DNA of 64,000 nt from Chthoniobacter flavus (GTDB lineage: Bacteria > Verrucomicrobiota > Verrucomicrobiia > Chthoniobacterales > JACTMZ01): the NCBI GenBank assembly GCA_945878135.1, contig CAMDUL010000007.1:31598-95597 (forward strand). The letters run 5' to 3'. The notes below the pieces were generated by a model. The model was given only the letters and a program-made list of their open reading frames with translations. It was not told where the DNA came from and did no database searches. Of the stretch, positions 10,555 through 18,889 are shown piece after piece. Numbering within the stretch: position 1 is the stretch's first letter; each line of letters starts with the position of its first letter. A program made the position numbers and the translations under genes.

Positions 10555-11084
10555 CCCGCCTCCCGCAAAATGAAATCCGCGGCGTAACCGATATCCGGCA
10601 CGACCGCATCGGCGCCGCAATCGAGATGGTCTTTGCCGTGCCCGGTCTCGACCAGCACGGTGCGCAGCCCGGCATTCCGGCCGCACTCGATGTCGGAGGT
10701 TTTATCCCCGACGATCCACGAGCGGGAGAGTTCGAGTCCGTGCTCGCGCGCGGCTTCCTCGAGCATGGCGGTCGACGGTTTGCGGCGCGCGCTCGGCTGG
10801 TCCGGCCCGCTCTCATCGTAGTAGGCGCCCGTGATCTCCGCGGGCTTGAGTTGCCAGAGCACCTCCTCGTGCACGCGGCGGTAATCGTCATGCGTGAAGT
10901 AGCCGCGGCCGATGCCGCTCTGGTTGGTCACGATGACCAGGACGAAGCCCGCCGCCGACAACTTGACCAGTGCCTCGGCCGCTCCCTCGATGGCGCGGAC
11001 CTGCGAGGGGTTCGCGCAGTAGTGGACCTCGTGGATGAGGGTGCCGTCACGGTCGAAAAAAACAGCCGGACGGTCAGCGGGCAT
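10542..11084 (-). CDS. gmhB: D-glycero-D-manno-heptose 1,7-bisphosphate phosphatase (HAD, GmhB type)
   Basis: 180 aa. FFDRDGTL, VTNQSGIGRG and VGDKTSD motifs. Confidence 0.85.
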   Translation of the reverse strand: MPADRPAVFFDRDGTLIHEVHYCANPSQVRAIEGAAEALVKLSAAGFVLVIVTNQSGIGRGYFTHDDYRRVHEEVLWQLKPAEITGAYYDESGPDQPSARRKPSTAMLEEAAREHGLELSRSWIVGDKTSDIECGRNAGLRTVLVETGHGKDHLDCGADAVVPDIGYAADFILREAGCPK

Positions 11085-12090
11085 GGTTTTCGAAGCTGGC
11101 GAGGAGTTCGTCCGGGGTCAGCGTGGCCGTGCCGAGCTTGCCGACCACGACACCGCTGGCGTGGTTGGCGATCTCCGAGGCCTCGACCGGCGTGGCCCCC
11201 GCGCAGAGGGCCAGCGTGTAAAGCGCGATGGCCGTGTCGCCCGCGCCGGACACGTCGAAGACTTCGCGCGCACGCGTCGGGGTGTGGTGACGCCGCCCGT
11301 CCTTGGTGAAAAGCATCATGCCGAGTTCGCTCAAAGTGACGAGCAACTGGTCGGCGTCCCATTTGGCGAGGAGGGATTCGCCGACTTGGAGAAGTTGCCG
11401 GTCTTCGAGCGGGTGGGCCGCGGGTTCGCTCCACGGGACGCCGGCCGCGGCGAAGGCCTCGTGGCGGTTGGGCTTGATGACGGTCGCGCCGCGCCAGGCG
11501 AGCGGATTGCCGGGATTCGGATCGACGGCCACCAGGCAACCGGCGGCGCGGGCGCGACCGATGATGGCCGCGGACATTTCCTCGTCGAAAAATCCTTTGC
11601 CGTAGTCCTCGAGGATGACGCCATCCGTTTCCGGCAGGGCGGCTTCCAGCGCGGCGAGCAGAGCCCGGCGTTGGGCCGGCCCCGCGGGCTCGGCCAGTTC
11701 GCGGTCGACCCGCACGACCTGCTGCGTGCGCGCGATGATGCGCGTCTTCACCGTGGTCGGACCCGCGCGGGTCACCACGCCGTCCGTCCCGATGCCGCCG
11801 GCGGCGAGCAAGTCGCGCAGGCGGACGCCGGCCGCATCCTCGCCGGCCAGGCCGAGCACGGACGTCCTGGTCGTGAACTCGTGGAGGTTGCGGGCCACAT
11901 TGGCCGCGCCACCCGGATAGCAGGTCTCGCGGTCGACGGCCACGACCGGCACGGGAGCCTCGGGCGAAATACGCGAGACCTTGCCCCAGATGAACTCGTC
12001 GAGCATGAGGTCGCCCGCGACCAGAACGCGGCGGCCGGACATTGCCCGGATGATTTCCTGCAAGCGCGCGGCGCTGGGCACATGTTCCAC
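11074..12090 (-). CDS. hldE: D-glycero-D-manno-heptose-7-phosphate kinase (HldE/RfaE domain I only)
   Basis: Ribokinase-family motifs VLVAGDLMLDEF and DVSGAGDT. There is no adenylyltransferase domain. Start placed at GTG 12090 because RLQEIIRAMSGRRVLV looks like conserved N-terminal sequence. GTG 12081 and ATG 12042 are alternatives. Confidence 0.85.
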   Translation of the reverse strand: MEHVPSAARLQEIIRAMSGRRVLVAGDLMLDEFIWGKVSRISPEAPVPVVAVDRETCYPGGAANVARNLHEFTTRTSVLGLAGEDAAGVRLRDLLAAGGIGTDGVVTRAGPTTVKTRIIARTQQVVRVDRELAEPAGPAQRRALLAALEAALPETDGVILEDYGKGFFDEEMSAAIIGRARAAGCLVAVDPNPGNPLAWRGATVIKPNRHEAFAAAGVPWSEPAAHPLEDRQLLQVGESLLAKWDADQLLVTLSELGMMLFTKDGRRHHTPTRAREVFDVSGAGDTAIALYTLALCAGATPVEASEIANHASGVVVGKLGTATLTPDELLASFENHAR

Positions 12091-12127
12091 AGACGGCTTT
12101 TTATGCTTTATCTCGGGGGCTTCCCAA

Positions 12128-12952
12128 GTGAAATTTCCATCAATCGTGATTCCACGCCTCCTTTTCGTCCTGCTGCTCGGCCTATCCCCCGCCGTCGCGC
12201 AGAAGCCGGACAAGTCGATCGACTTGGGACAATTCCCGGCCGACACCGTCGAGAATGTCGTCGTCCCGGTGCCCAGCGAAATTTTCGCCGTCCTCGACAA
12301 GCTCGGCAACCCGAACTGGCGAGCCCAGCTCGGACCGGAAAAAAGCTACCCGGCGAGCCCGAACCGCGCGCAGGTCGCCCTCCTGCTCGGCACGGTCATT
12401 GCGGACGGTTTTGTCGCGGTGGAAGCCGAGGACAGCGAGCGCGTGAAGGAAATCGGCCGCAATGTCCTGACCCTCGCCGAGGCGATCAACGTGCGCAAAT
12501 CCGTGGTGGCCCGCAGCAACAGCATTATCCAGAAAGCCGACGCCCGCCAATGGAACGCGGTGCGCCGCGAGTTCGACGGTGCACTGCAGGATGTCAACAA
12601 AGCGATGATCGAACTGAACGACGAACAACTGGCCCAATTGGTCAGCCTCGGCGGCTGGCTGCGCGGCACCGAGGTCCTCACGTCCATCGTGAAGGAGAAA
12701 TACTCCCGCGACCGCGCCGAACTCCTCTACCAGCCGCTGCTCGTCGACTATTTCAGCGGTCAGCTCGACCGCATGAGCCCGCGCCTGCGCGGCCAGCCGC
12801 TGGTCGGCGAAATCCGCCGCTCCCTCGGACGCATCGGTCCCCTCATCAAAAAATCCCCGCCCGACGGCATCACCCCCGAGACGGTGGCCGAAATCAACGA
12901 CCTCTCGGTGCAGATGGTGGATTTGATCCGCGCCAAAGCCGGCCGACCATGA
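12128..12952 (+). CDS. secreted helical protein of unknown function (module copy 1, large subunit)
   Basis: In-frame GTG 12128 (or 12146) of ORF 11981..12952 gives the signal peptide KFPSIVIPRLLFVLLLGLSPAVAQ. Paralogous to 21926..22711 (shared ADG[FY][VI]AVEA[EQ]D, VK..G and W.A.R.E blocks). Confidence 0.7.
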   Translation: MKFPSIVIPRLLFVLLLGLSPAVAQKPDKSIDLGQFPADTVENVVVPVPSEIFAVLDKLGNPNWRAQLGPEKSYPASPNRAQVALLLGTVIADGFVAVEAEDSERVKEIGRNVLTLAEAINVRKSVVARSNSIIQKADARQWNAVRREFDGALQDVNKAMIELNDEQLAQLVSLGGWLRGTEVLTSIVKEKYSRDRAELLYQPLLVDYFSGQLDRMSPRLRGQPLVGEIRRSLGRIGPLIKKSPPDGITPETVAEINDLSVQMVDLIRAKAGRP

Positions 12953-13401
12953 AACTCCTCGCCCCCGCTTTCCGCCGTTCCGCCGCCGCCGTCTTGGCGC
13001 TTCTCCTCGCCGCGCCCGCGGCCCGGGCGTTCGTGGACGACGCGCTTTCTTTCGCCTACGAAGCGGCCAATCCCTATGCCGAGCGCGGCTGGATCATCCG
13101 CGAGGACGCCTGGGGCGGCGACCTCGGCGCGGGCGACAAAAAGCGCGTGGCCGCCCAGCTTTTCCGCGGCAACAGCTACATGTTCTTCCTGGCCACCGAC
13201 GTGGACAACGCCAGCCTGCGCGTCAACATCTACGACGCGCAAGGCAACCTGGCGGAAAGCAAATCGTGGCAGCGGGGGCGCTTCGCCTACGCCGAAATCA
13301 AGCCCCGCTCGACGGGCACCTACAACGTCATCGTCGAAGTCACGTCATCGCCGGAAGAACGCACCGGCTGGGCGCTGGTCTACGGGTTCCAGCGGAAATA
13401 A
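12949..13401 (+). CDS. secreted beta-rich protein of unknown function (module copy 1, small subunit)
   Basis: ATG 12949 overlaps the upstream stop (ATGA). Signal peptide MKLLAPAFRRSAAAVLALLLAAPAARA. Paralogous to 21468..21929 (LF.GN.Y.F, YD.QG, STG.Y.V..E). Confidence 0.7.
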   Translation: MKLLAPAFRRSAAAVLALLLAAPAARAFVDDALSFAYEAANPYAERGWIIREDAWGGDLGAGDKKRVAAQLFRGNSYMFFLATDVDNASLRVNIYDAQGNLAESKSWQRGRFAYAEIKPRSTGTYNVIVEVTSSPEERTGWALVYGFQRK

Positions 13402-13408
13402 CCGCTTG

Positions 13409-14377
13409 ATGGAGAGCACGACGCTCCATTTCGACAACGCCCGCGCCGCCTCCGCGCTCTACCACAACGACGAGCGTTTGCTCCGGGAGTTGGAACAGCG
13501 CCTCGGCGTGCAGGTGGCCGCGCGCGAGGGCTGGATCCGCATCGAAGGCGACAAAGCCAAGACTGCCCGCGCCGCGCAGGTCTTCACCGAACTCGACGAG
13601 GCCCGCCGCGGGGGCGCGGTCATCGGCAAACAGGAATTCCGCTACGCCCTGCAAACCGCGGAGGAAGGCGCAACCCCGGCCCGCATCACCGAACTCGCCG
13701 CCGAGCGCATCGTCTGCTCGCCGCGCAAGCCGCCGGTCATCCCGAAAACGCCCGGACAACGCGACTACGTGCGCGCCATCCGCGAGCACGACATCGTCTT
13801 CGGCGTCGGGCCCGCCGGCACGGGCAAGACCTACCTCGCCATGGCCATGGCCGTGGCCGCGCTGAAGAAGGAGCAGGTCGGCCGCATCGTCCTGACCCGC
13901 CCCGCGGTCGAGGCCGGCGAGGCCCTCGGTTTCCTGCCCGGCGCGCTCGAGGAGAAAATCCTGCCCTATCTGCGCCCGCTCTACGACGCGCTCTATGACA
14001 TGCTCGAGACCGACGAGATCCAGAAATTCATGGACCGCGGTGTCATCGAAATCGCGCCGCTGGCCTACATGCGGGGACGCACCCTCAACCAGTCGTTTGT
14101 CGTCCTCGACGAAGCCCAGAACACGACGGCCGAGCAGATGTTCATGTTCCTGACGCGGCTGGGCAACGAATCGAAATGCGTCATCACCGGCGACCGCACG
14201 CAGATCGACCTGCCGCGGCACAAGCGCTCGGGTCTGCTCGAGGCGCTGGAAGTCCTGCAGGACGTGGAGGGCCTCGCCATCCGCAGCTTGAGCCGCAAGG
14301 ACGTGGTCCGCCACCCGCTCGTGCAAAAAATCATCAATGCCTACGAGCAGCACCGGGAAGCCGCGCCGGAGGCGTGA
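13409..14377 (+). CDS. phoH: PhoH family ATPase
   Basis: Internal ATG 13409 of ORF 13076..14377. Walker A GPAGTGKTYLAMA, plus the LDEAQN and VITGDRTQIDLP motifs. Confidence 0.92.
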   Translation: MESTTLHFDNARAASALYHNDERLLRELEQRLGVQVAAREGWIRIEGDKAKTARAAQVFTELDEARRGGAVIGKQEFRYALQTAEEGATPARITELAAERIVCSPRKPPVIPKTPGQRDYVRAIREHDIVFGVGPAGTGKTYLAMAMAVAALKKEQVGRIVLTRPAVEAGEALGFLPGALEEKILPYLRPLYDALYDMLETDEIQKFMDRGVIEIAPLAYMRGRTLNQSFVVLDEAQNTTAEQMFMFLTRLGNESKCVITGDRTQIDLPRHKRSGLLEALEVLQDVEGLAIRSLSRKDVVRHPLVQKIINAYEQHREAAPEA

Positions 14378-14391
14378 CGTTCGACCGCTTT

Positions 14392-14415
14392 GCAGCGGCG
14401 GTCATAGACCGCAGG
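14392..14415. repeat. degenerate solo arm of the REP-like element
   Basis: GCAGCGGCGGTCATAGACCGCAGG lies 14 nt after the phoH stop. It shares AGCGGCGGTC...GACCGC with the 24-nt arm consensus and retains a 6-bp hairpin. Confidence 0.45.
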
Positions 14416-14441
14416 CACAAGTAATGGTATAAAGCCCGATC

Positions 14442-15341
14442 ATGTCCGGATCCACCCTCCTCGTCCTCGCCGCCGGCATGGGCAGCCGTTACGGCGGGCT
14501 CAAGCAACTCGATCCGGTCGGACCGGGCGGGGAAACTCTCCTCGACTATTCCGTGCACGATGCGATGCGCGCCGGTTTCGACCGCGTTGTCTTCCTCATC
14601 CGGCGCGAGATCGAAAAAGATTTCCGCGCGCAGATCGGCGCGCGCTATGAGGGCCGGATCGGCGTGGATTACGCATTCCAGGAACTCGGGGAGCTTCCCG
14701 CGGGTTTCGCACCGCCGGCCGGCCGGAGCAAACCCTGGGGCACCGCCCACGCCATCTGGTGCGCCCGCGACACGATCACCACGCCATTCGCCGCGATCAA
14801 TGCCGACGACTTTTACGGCGCGGATTCTTTCCGGCAGCTCGGCGGCTTCCTTTCGTCCGTCAATCCGGCCGCATCGCCCGCGACATTCGCCATGGCCGGC
14901 TACCGTCTCGACAGGACATTGAGCGAGCACGGCACGGTGGCGCGCGGCATCTGCCGGGCGGGGACGGACGGCCTCCTGCACGGCATCGAGGAACTCACCG
15001 ACCTGGCCCGCCGTCCCCACGGCACCATCGCTTCCGGCGAACGCACTTTCGCCCCGGACACGCCGGTCTCGATGAATTTCTGGGGCTTCACGCCGCGGAT
15101 TTTCCCGCTGCTGGAGAAAGTCCTGACAAATTTTCTGGCGCAACATGCCGGCAGCGAGAAGGCGGAGTGCTACATCCCGTCCGCCGTGGCGGAGATGATC
15201 GCGGACGGCACGGCGACGGTGCGCGTCTTGCCGACGGAGGCCGCGTGGTTCGGTGTGACCTACCGCGAGGATCGCGCGCGGGTGGTGGAAAGCATTGCCC
15301 GGCTGGTGTACGCCGGCGTTTACCCGGCGTCAGCGACCTGA
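14442..15341 (+). CDS. sugar-phosphate nucleotidyltransferase family protein
   Basis: 299 aa. The N-terminal LVLAAGMGSRYGGLKQL signature (G-x-G-T/S-R) and the NADDFYG motif match the NTP_transferase fold. Confidence 0.8.
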   Translation: MSGSTLLVLAAGMGSRYGGLKQLDPVGPGGETLLDYSVHDAMRAGFDRVVFLIRREIEKDFRAQIGARYEGRIGVDYAFQELGELPAGFAPPAGRSKPWGTAHAIWCARDTITTPFAAINADDFYGADSFRQLGGFLSSVNPAASPATFAMAGYRLDRTLSEHGTVARGICRAGTDGLLHGIEELTDLARRPHGTIASGERTFAPDTPVSMNFWGFTPRIFPLLEKVLTNFLAQHAGSEKAECYIPSAVAEMIADGTATVRVLPTEAAWFGVTYREDRARVVESIARLVYAGVYPASAT

Positions 15342-16130
15342 CCCGGAATCCTGCGGGGCCGGCGAACCCGCCTCCCACGGCAAGCTGATGTGCGGCAGAT
15401 CGACCTCCCCGAACGGCGTGGCGATGCGCCCGCCGCGTTTGGGATACGCTTTGCGTTCGACCAGTTGGCGGACGGCCAGCCGGTCGTGGACAGCGGCTGC
15501 AATGGCACGGCCCGTCCGTTTGCCGTCCTGCGTGACACCCTTGAACCCGCGCGAGGCGGTCGACACCGCCCCGCTGGCCACGCTGGCCGCGGCGGGCAAT
15601 GCGACGACCGGGGCGGAGAGGGGCGCGGTGACAATCGCGGCGGCCAGACCCGGTTCCATATTGCTGCCACCGGTCGTGTTGAAGGTGAGCCAGGGCTTGT
15701 CCGCCGATTTGGCCAAATTGAAGACGCGCACGGAGGTGTCCAGATGGGAGCGGCCGAGGCCGAAGCCGATCCCGAGGCGCAGAGCGCGGCTGCCTTGTTG
15801 CGTGCGGAGCAGACGTCCGTCAATGAGGAGACCCGAGGCGGGCAGCTTTTCGCCGTCGGCGGCGACCCGGCCCGGGGCGATCCAGCGCGAGGACCGCGTG
15901 AAAATTCCGTCGGCGATGAGTTGCCCGACGCGAAGCCGCGCATCCTCGCCCTTGTTCGGCGTGGCCACTTCGAATGCCGCGCCGTCCGGCACCTCGAAGA
16001 GACGCACGTAAACGGCGGGCGGGGGCGCGGTCGGAGCCAGCGAGGCATTCTCGCGTTCCCCGGTCACGCTGACCGAAGAACACCCTCCCGCGACCAAGGC
16101 CAGCACGACACCGGGCCAATGTTTTTTCAT
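15330..16130 (-). CDS. lipoprotein of unknown function (DUF4410-like)
   Basis: Internal ATG 16130 of ORF 15330..16319. Lipobox LVAGGC after MKKHWPGVVLA. ATGA overlap with the upstream gene. The C-terminal Gly/Ala-rich region resembles the DUF4410 lipoprotein family (recognition from memory). Confidence 0.6.
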   Translation of the reverse strand: MKKHWPGVVLALVAGGCSSVSVTGERENASLAPTAPPPAVYVRLFEVPDGAAFEVATPNKGEDARLRVGQLIADGIFTRSSRWIAPGRVAADGEKLPASGLLIDGRLLRTQQGSRALRLGIGFGLGRSHLDTSVRVFNLAKSADKPWLTFNTTGGSNMEPGLAAAIVTAPLSAPVVALPAAASVASGAVSTASRGFKGVTQDGKRTGRAIAAAVHDRLAVRQLVERKAYPKRGGRIATPFGEVDLPHISLPWEAGSPAPQDSGSGR

Positions 16131-16777
16131 GGCTGCAACTCGAGGCGCGCGTAACGTCCGCGCGCATGGAAATCGGGGCGCCCCGTCTGCCCGGGAAAGG
16201 ACGACAAGACCGGAGTTCCGCCCGGCTCCGCGTAGTCGTAACGGCCGGCCAGAATTTCCCATGCCTGCTCCCCGGGGTTCCCGGCGGACGGCCAGGGAAC
16301 CGAAAGCACGGCGCGCCATCCGCCATCGACCGGCCCGGCGCGGACCTCGCTGCCGGCAACGGGAGGCGCCGCACGGCGGTAAGCGCGGAACGCATAGACC
16401 GATTTCCGCCCCGCCGGCGTGGCGTGCACTTCGACGTAGCCGGGCTGGCCCCGGCGTCCGAGAAACACCTCCACCACGTCCCCCAGCTTGAAATGATCGA
16501 GGTTGTCCCGCGTGCCGGGAGAAACCACCGACTCATCGCGGCAGAGGAATTCGACGAAGAGAGCGGACCCATTCCACCGGGCGCGCAGTTCGGCCGGCCC
16601 GGCCACGATCCCGTCGACCCCGCGGAGCACCGCAGGCGGCGCAACCGCCCAGCCCCGGCGGTCGCTCCAAGCCCCGTCCGGATCAAGCCCCGGCGCGGAC
16701 ACGGCTGTCAGCACGGGCTGGGCCGCCCCGGCGGGCCAAGCGGCGAGTAGGAGCATGACTGTTAATGGATGGATCAA
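16127..16777 (-). CDS. secreted carbohydrate-binding family 9-like (DOMON-like) protein
   Basis: 216 aa with a signal peptide (MIHPLTVMLLLAAWPAGAA). The LRARWNGSALFVEFLCRD...GDVVEVFLG...GYVEVHATPAG pattern is typical of CBM9-like domains. Confidence 0.6.
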   Translation of the reverse strand: MIHPLTVMLLLAAWPAGAAQPVLTAVSAPGLDPDGAWSDRRGWAVAPPAVLRGVDGIVAGPAELRARWNGSALFVEFLCRDESVVSPGTRDNLDHFKLGDVVEVFLGRRGQPGYVEVHATPAGRKSVYAFRAYRRAAPPVAGSEVRAGPVDGGWRAVLSVPWPSAGNPGEQAWEILAGRYDYAEPGGTPVLSSFPGQTGRPDFHARGRYARLELQP

Positions 16778-16797
16778 AGGCGGGGCGCCAAATTAAA

Positions 16798-16826
16798 ATG
16801 ACAAAACGCCGTCCCGCGTTAACTAT
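16798..16826 (+). promoter_or_regulatory. candidate sigma70-type promoter for tRNA-Pro
   Basis: ATGACA (16798..16803), a 17-nt spacer, then AACTAT (16821..16826), ending 13 nt before the tRNA 5' end. The match to consensus is only partial. Confidence 0.3.
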
Positions 16827-16838
16827 GACGGGAGACGA

Positions 16839-16912
16839 CGGGGCGTAGCTTAGCTTGGTAGAGCGCCTGGTTTGGGACCAGGAGGTCGCAGGTTCAAATC
16901 CTGCCGCCCCGA
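16839..16912 (+). tRNA. tRNA-Pro (anticodon TGG)
   Basis: Hand-folded cloverleaf: acceptor CGGGGCG/CGCCCCG, anticodon stem CCTGG/CCAGG with loop TTTGGGA, T arm GCAGG-TTCAAAT-CCTGC, discriminator A. 74 nt. Confidence 0.9.
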
Positions 16913-17689
16913 TTTATCCATGGCCATCAGTTCGGCCACCGTGACAAAGCGGAATCCGCGTCCGAGGAGCTGGTCGAGCGTCGGGGGCACGGCCGCGATG
17001 GTCGAGGGATGGATATCGTGGCAGAGCAGGACCGCGCCGGGGGCGGCGCCTTTGACCAGTTCCCGGGTCACGCGCGAGGAGTTGCGGTATTTCCAGTCCA
17101 GCGGATCGACCGACCACATAATGGTGTCATAACCGTGCCGCTCGAAAGCCACGCGCCGCACGCTGTCGTTGAAAGCGCCATACGGGGGACGGAGGTTGGT
17201 CATACGGACGCCGGTGACCTCGAGGACCTTGTCATGCGTGCGGCGCAACTCATCGGCCACCCGCGAGGCGGACAAACGGGAGAGCTGCGGATGCGTCCAG
17301 GTATGGTTGGCGATCTCGTGACCCTCGGCCACGATGCGGCGCGCGATGTCGGGGTAGGCTTCGACATTGCGGCCTATGACATAAAAGGTGCTTTTGACCC
17401 CGCGCCGACCGAGCAGGTCGAGCAACTTGGGCGTCAGCTTGCCGTGCGGGCCGTCGTCGAAGGTCAGGGCGAGGTGCGGTGTGCCGATCGCCGCGGAGTG
17501 GAAGGGCGATCCCATCGAGGCGGGAACAGCGACGGGAAGGCTGGCGAGTTTCGCCCCGGGGGTGTCGGGATGAAGCCCGAAGTCCGCCCCCACGTTCGCC
17601 GCAGCCCGGGCAAAGGGCAGCGTACAGGCGCCGAGGGTCAAGGTCCGGAGAAACCTCCGCCGGGACAAAGGGTAATTCTCGCCGCTCAT
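16850..17689 (-). CDS. polysaccharide deacetylase (NodB/CE4 family), Tat-signal type
   Basis: NodB motifs TFDDGP, HTWTH and LLCHD. Start at ATG 17689 gives the twin-arginine signal SRRRFLRTL (ATG 17725 is an alternative). The last ~20 codons are antisense to tRNA-Pro. Confidence 0.85.
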   Translation of the reverse strand: MSGENYPLSRRRFLRTLTLGACTLPFARAAANVGADFGLHPDTPGAKLASLPVAVPASMGSPFHSAAIGTPHLALTFDDGPHGKLTPKLLDLLGRRGVKSTFYVIGRNVEAYPDIARRIVAEGHEIANHTWTHPQLSRLSASRVADELRRTHDKVLEVTGVRMTNLRPPYGAFNDSVRRVAFERHGYDTIMWSVDPLDWKYRNSSRVTRELVKGAAPGAVLLCHDIHPSTIAAVPPTLDQLLGRGFRFVTVAELMAMDKSGRQDLNLRPPGPKPGALPS

Positions 17690-17699
17690 CGAGGCTAGT

Positions 17700-18839
17700 T
17701 TAGCGCGGCTCCGCGCCTTTGGCAACCCACCCGACCCCGCGGAGCGCCGCGGTCAGCCCGGCGGCCTTGTGCAAGGTCTCCTCGTATTCGAGGACCGGGT
17801 CGGAATCGGCCACGATGCCCGCCCCCACCCCGTAGGTGGCGCGGCCGTCGCGCACCACCAAAGTGCGGATGGCGATGCTGAAAGCCGCCCGGCCGTCGGC
17901 GTGGAAGAATCCGAGGGCGCCGGTGTAGATCCCGCGGGCGGACGGTTCGAGTTCGGCGATGATTTCCCGCGCGCGTTTTTTCGGCGCGCCGGTGACCGAG
18001 CCACCCGGGTAGCAGGCATGCACGGCGTCCACGGGAGCCACGTCGGCCCGGAGGCGCCCTTCGATGGTCGAGACGAGATGGTGCACCTGGGCGAAGGTTT
18101 CCAACTCGCAGAGGCCGGTGACACGCACACTGCCGTAGGCACAGACCTGCCCGAGGTCGTTGCGCTCCAGGTCGGTGATCATGACCAGTTCGGCCCGCTC
18201 CTTGGGTGAAGCCAGCAATTCGCGGGCGGCGGCTGCGTCGTCCGCGCCGCGCGGACGCGTCCCTTTGATCGGCCGGGTCACGATGAGCCGTCCGTCGATT
18301 TTCAGGAAGCATTCCGGCGATGCGCTGAGCACCGAGGTGTCGCCGAGGCGGAGAAAGCAGGAGAACGGCGCGGGGCTCGCCGCGCGCAGGCGGGGATAAA
18401 ATGCGGCCGCATCCCCGGTCCACGGCGCCGTGAGCGTGTGCGTGAGGTTGACTTGGTAGATGTCTCCCGCCGCGATGTAGTCGTGCGCGCGGCGCACCAA
18501 CCGCACCCAATGATCGCGCTCGAGGCCCGGCTGGAAAGCGGCCGGCTGTCCGGTCCAAGGTCCTCCGGCCGCCTCCTCCGCGGACAAACCCGCGTCCTCG
18601 CGAAAGACGCCGAAACGGAAACCGCCGTCGTAGTCGAACCAGCCGCCGAGAAAGCCGCCGGGCGCGTCCCGGCGCAAGACCTGCAGGGCCGACTCCAGTT
18701 GCGGCCAGTCCTCCGGTCCGCCCTCGATCACCGAAGCGGGCGCGACGCCCGAAAGCGGAGGGCCGAAACCGGGGCCGTCGAAAAGCGCCATCTCTTGGGC
18801 GGGGCCGGAACCGGAAACGGGCATGAAGTCCGATCTCAT
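17700..18839 (-). CDS. pabB: aminodeoxychorismate synthase component I (chorismate-binding enzyme)
   Basis: 379 aa. The PECFLK, RPIKGTRPRG, ITDLERNDLG and YPGGSVTGAPK motifs belong to the PabB/TrpE family. The short N-terminal domain favours PabB. Confidence 0.82.
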   Translation of the reverse strand: MRSDFMPVSGSGPAQEMALFDGPGFGPPLSGVAPASVIEGGPEDWPQLESALQVLRRDAPGGFLGGWFDYDGGFRFGVFREDAGLSAEEAAGGPWTGQPAAFQPGLERDHWVRLVRRAHDYIAAGDIYQVNLTHTLTAPWTGDAAAFYPRLRAASPAPFSCFLRLGDTSVLSASPECFLKIDGRLIVTRPIKGTRPRGADDAAAARELLASPKERAELVMITDLERNDLGQVCAYGSVRVTGLCELETFAQVHHLVSTIEGRLRADVAPVDAVHACYPGGSVTGAPKKRAREIIAELEPSARGIYTGALGFFHADGRAAFSIAIRTLVVRDGRATYGVGAGIVADSDPVLEYEETLHKAAGLTAALRGVGWVAKGAEPR

Positions 18840-18889
18840 CCGGAAAGCCTTTCCAATTCAAGCAGCCCCGCGCTAACCTCCGCGGCAAG

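Noticed and set aside
11035-12948. N-terminal 638 codons of the 788-aa ORF 11035..13401
   Set aside because: This portion is antisense to hldE and out of frame with the large module gene. Only the last 150 codons, from ATG 12949 with a signal peptide and a paralog, look real.
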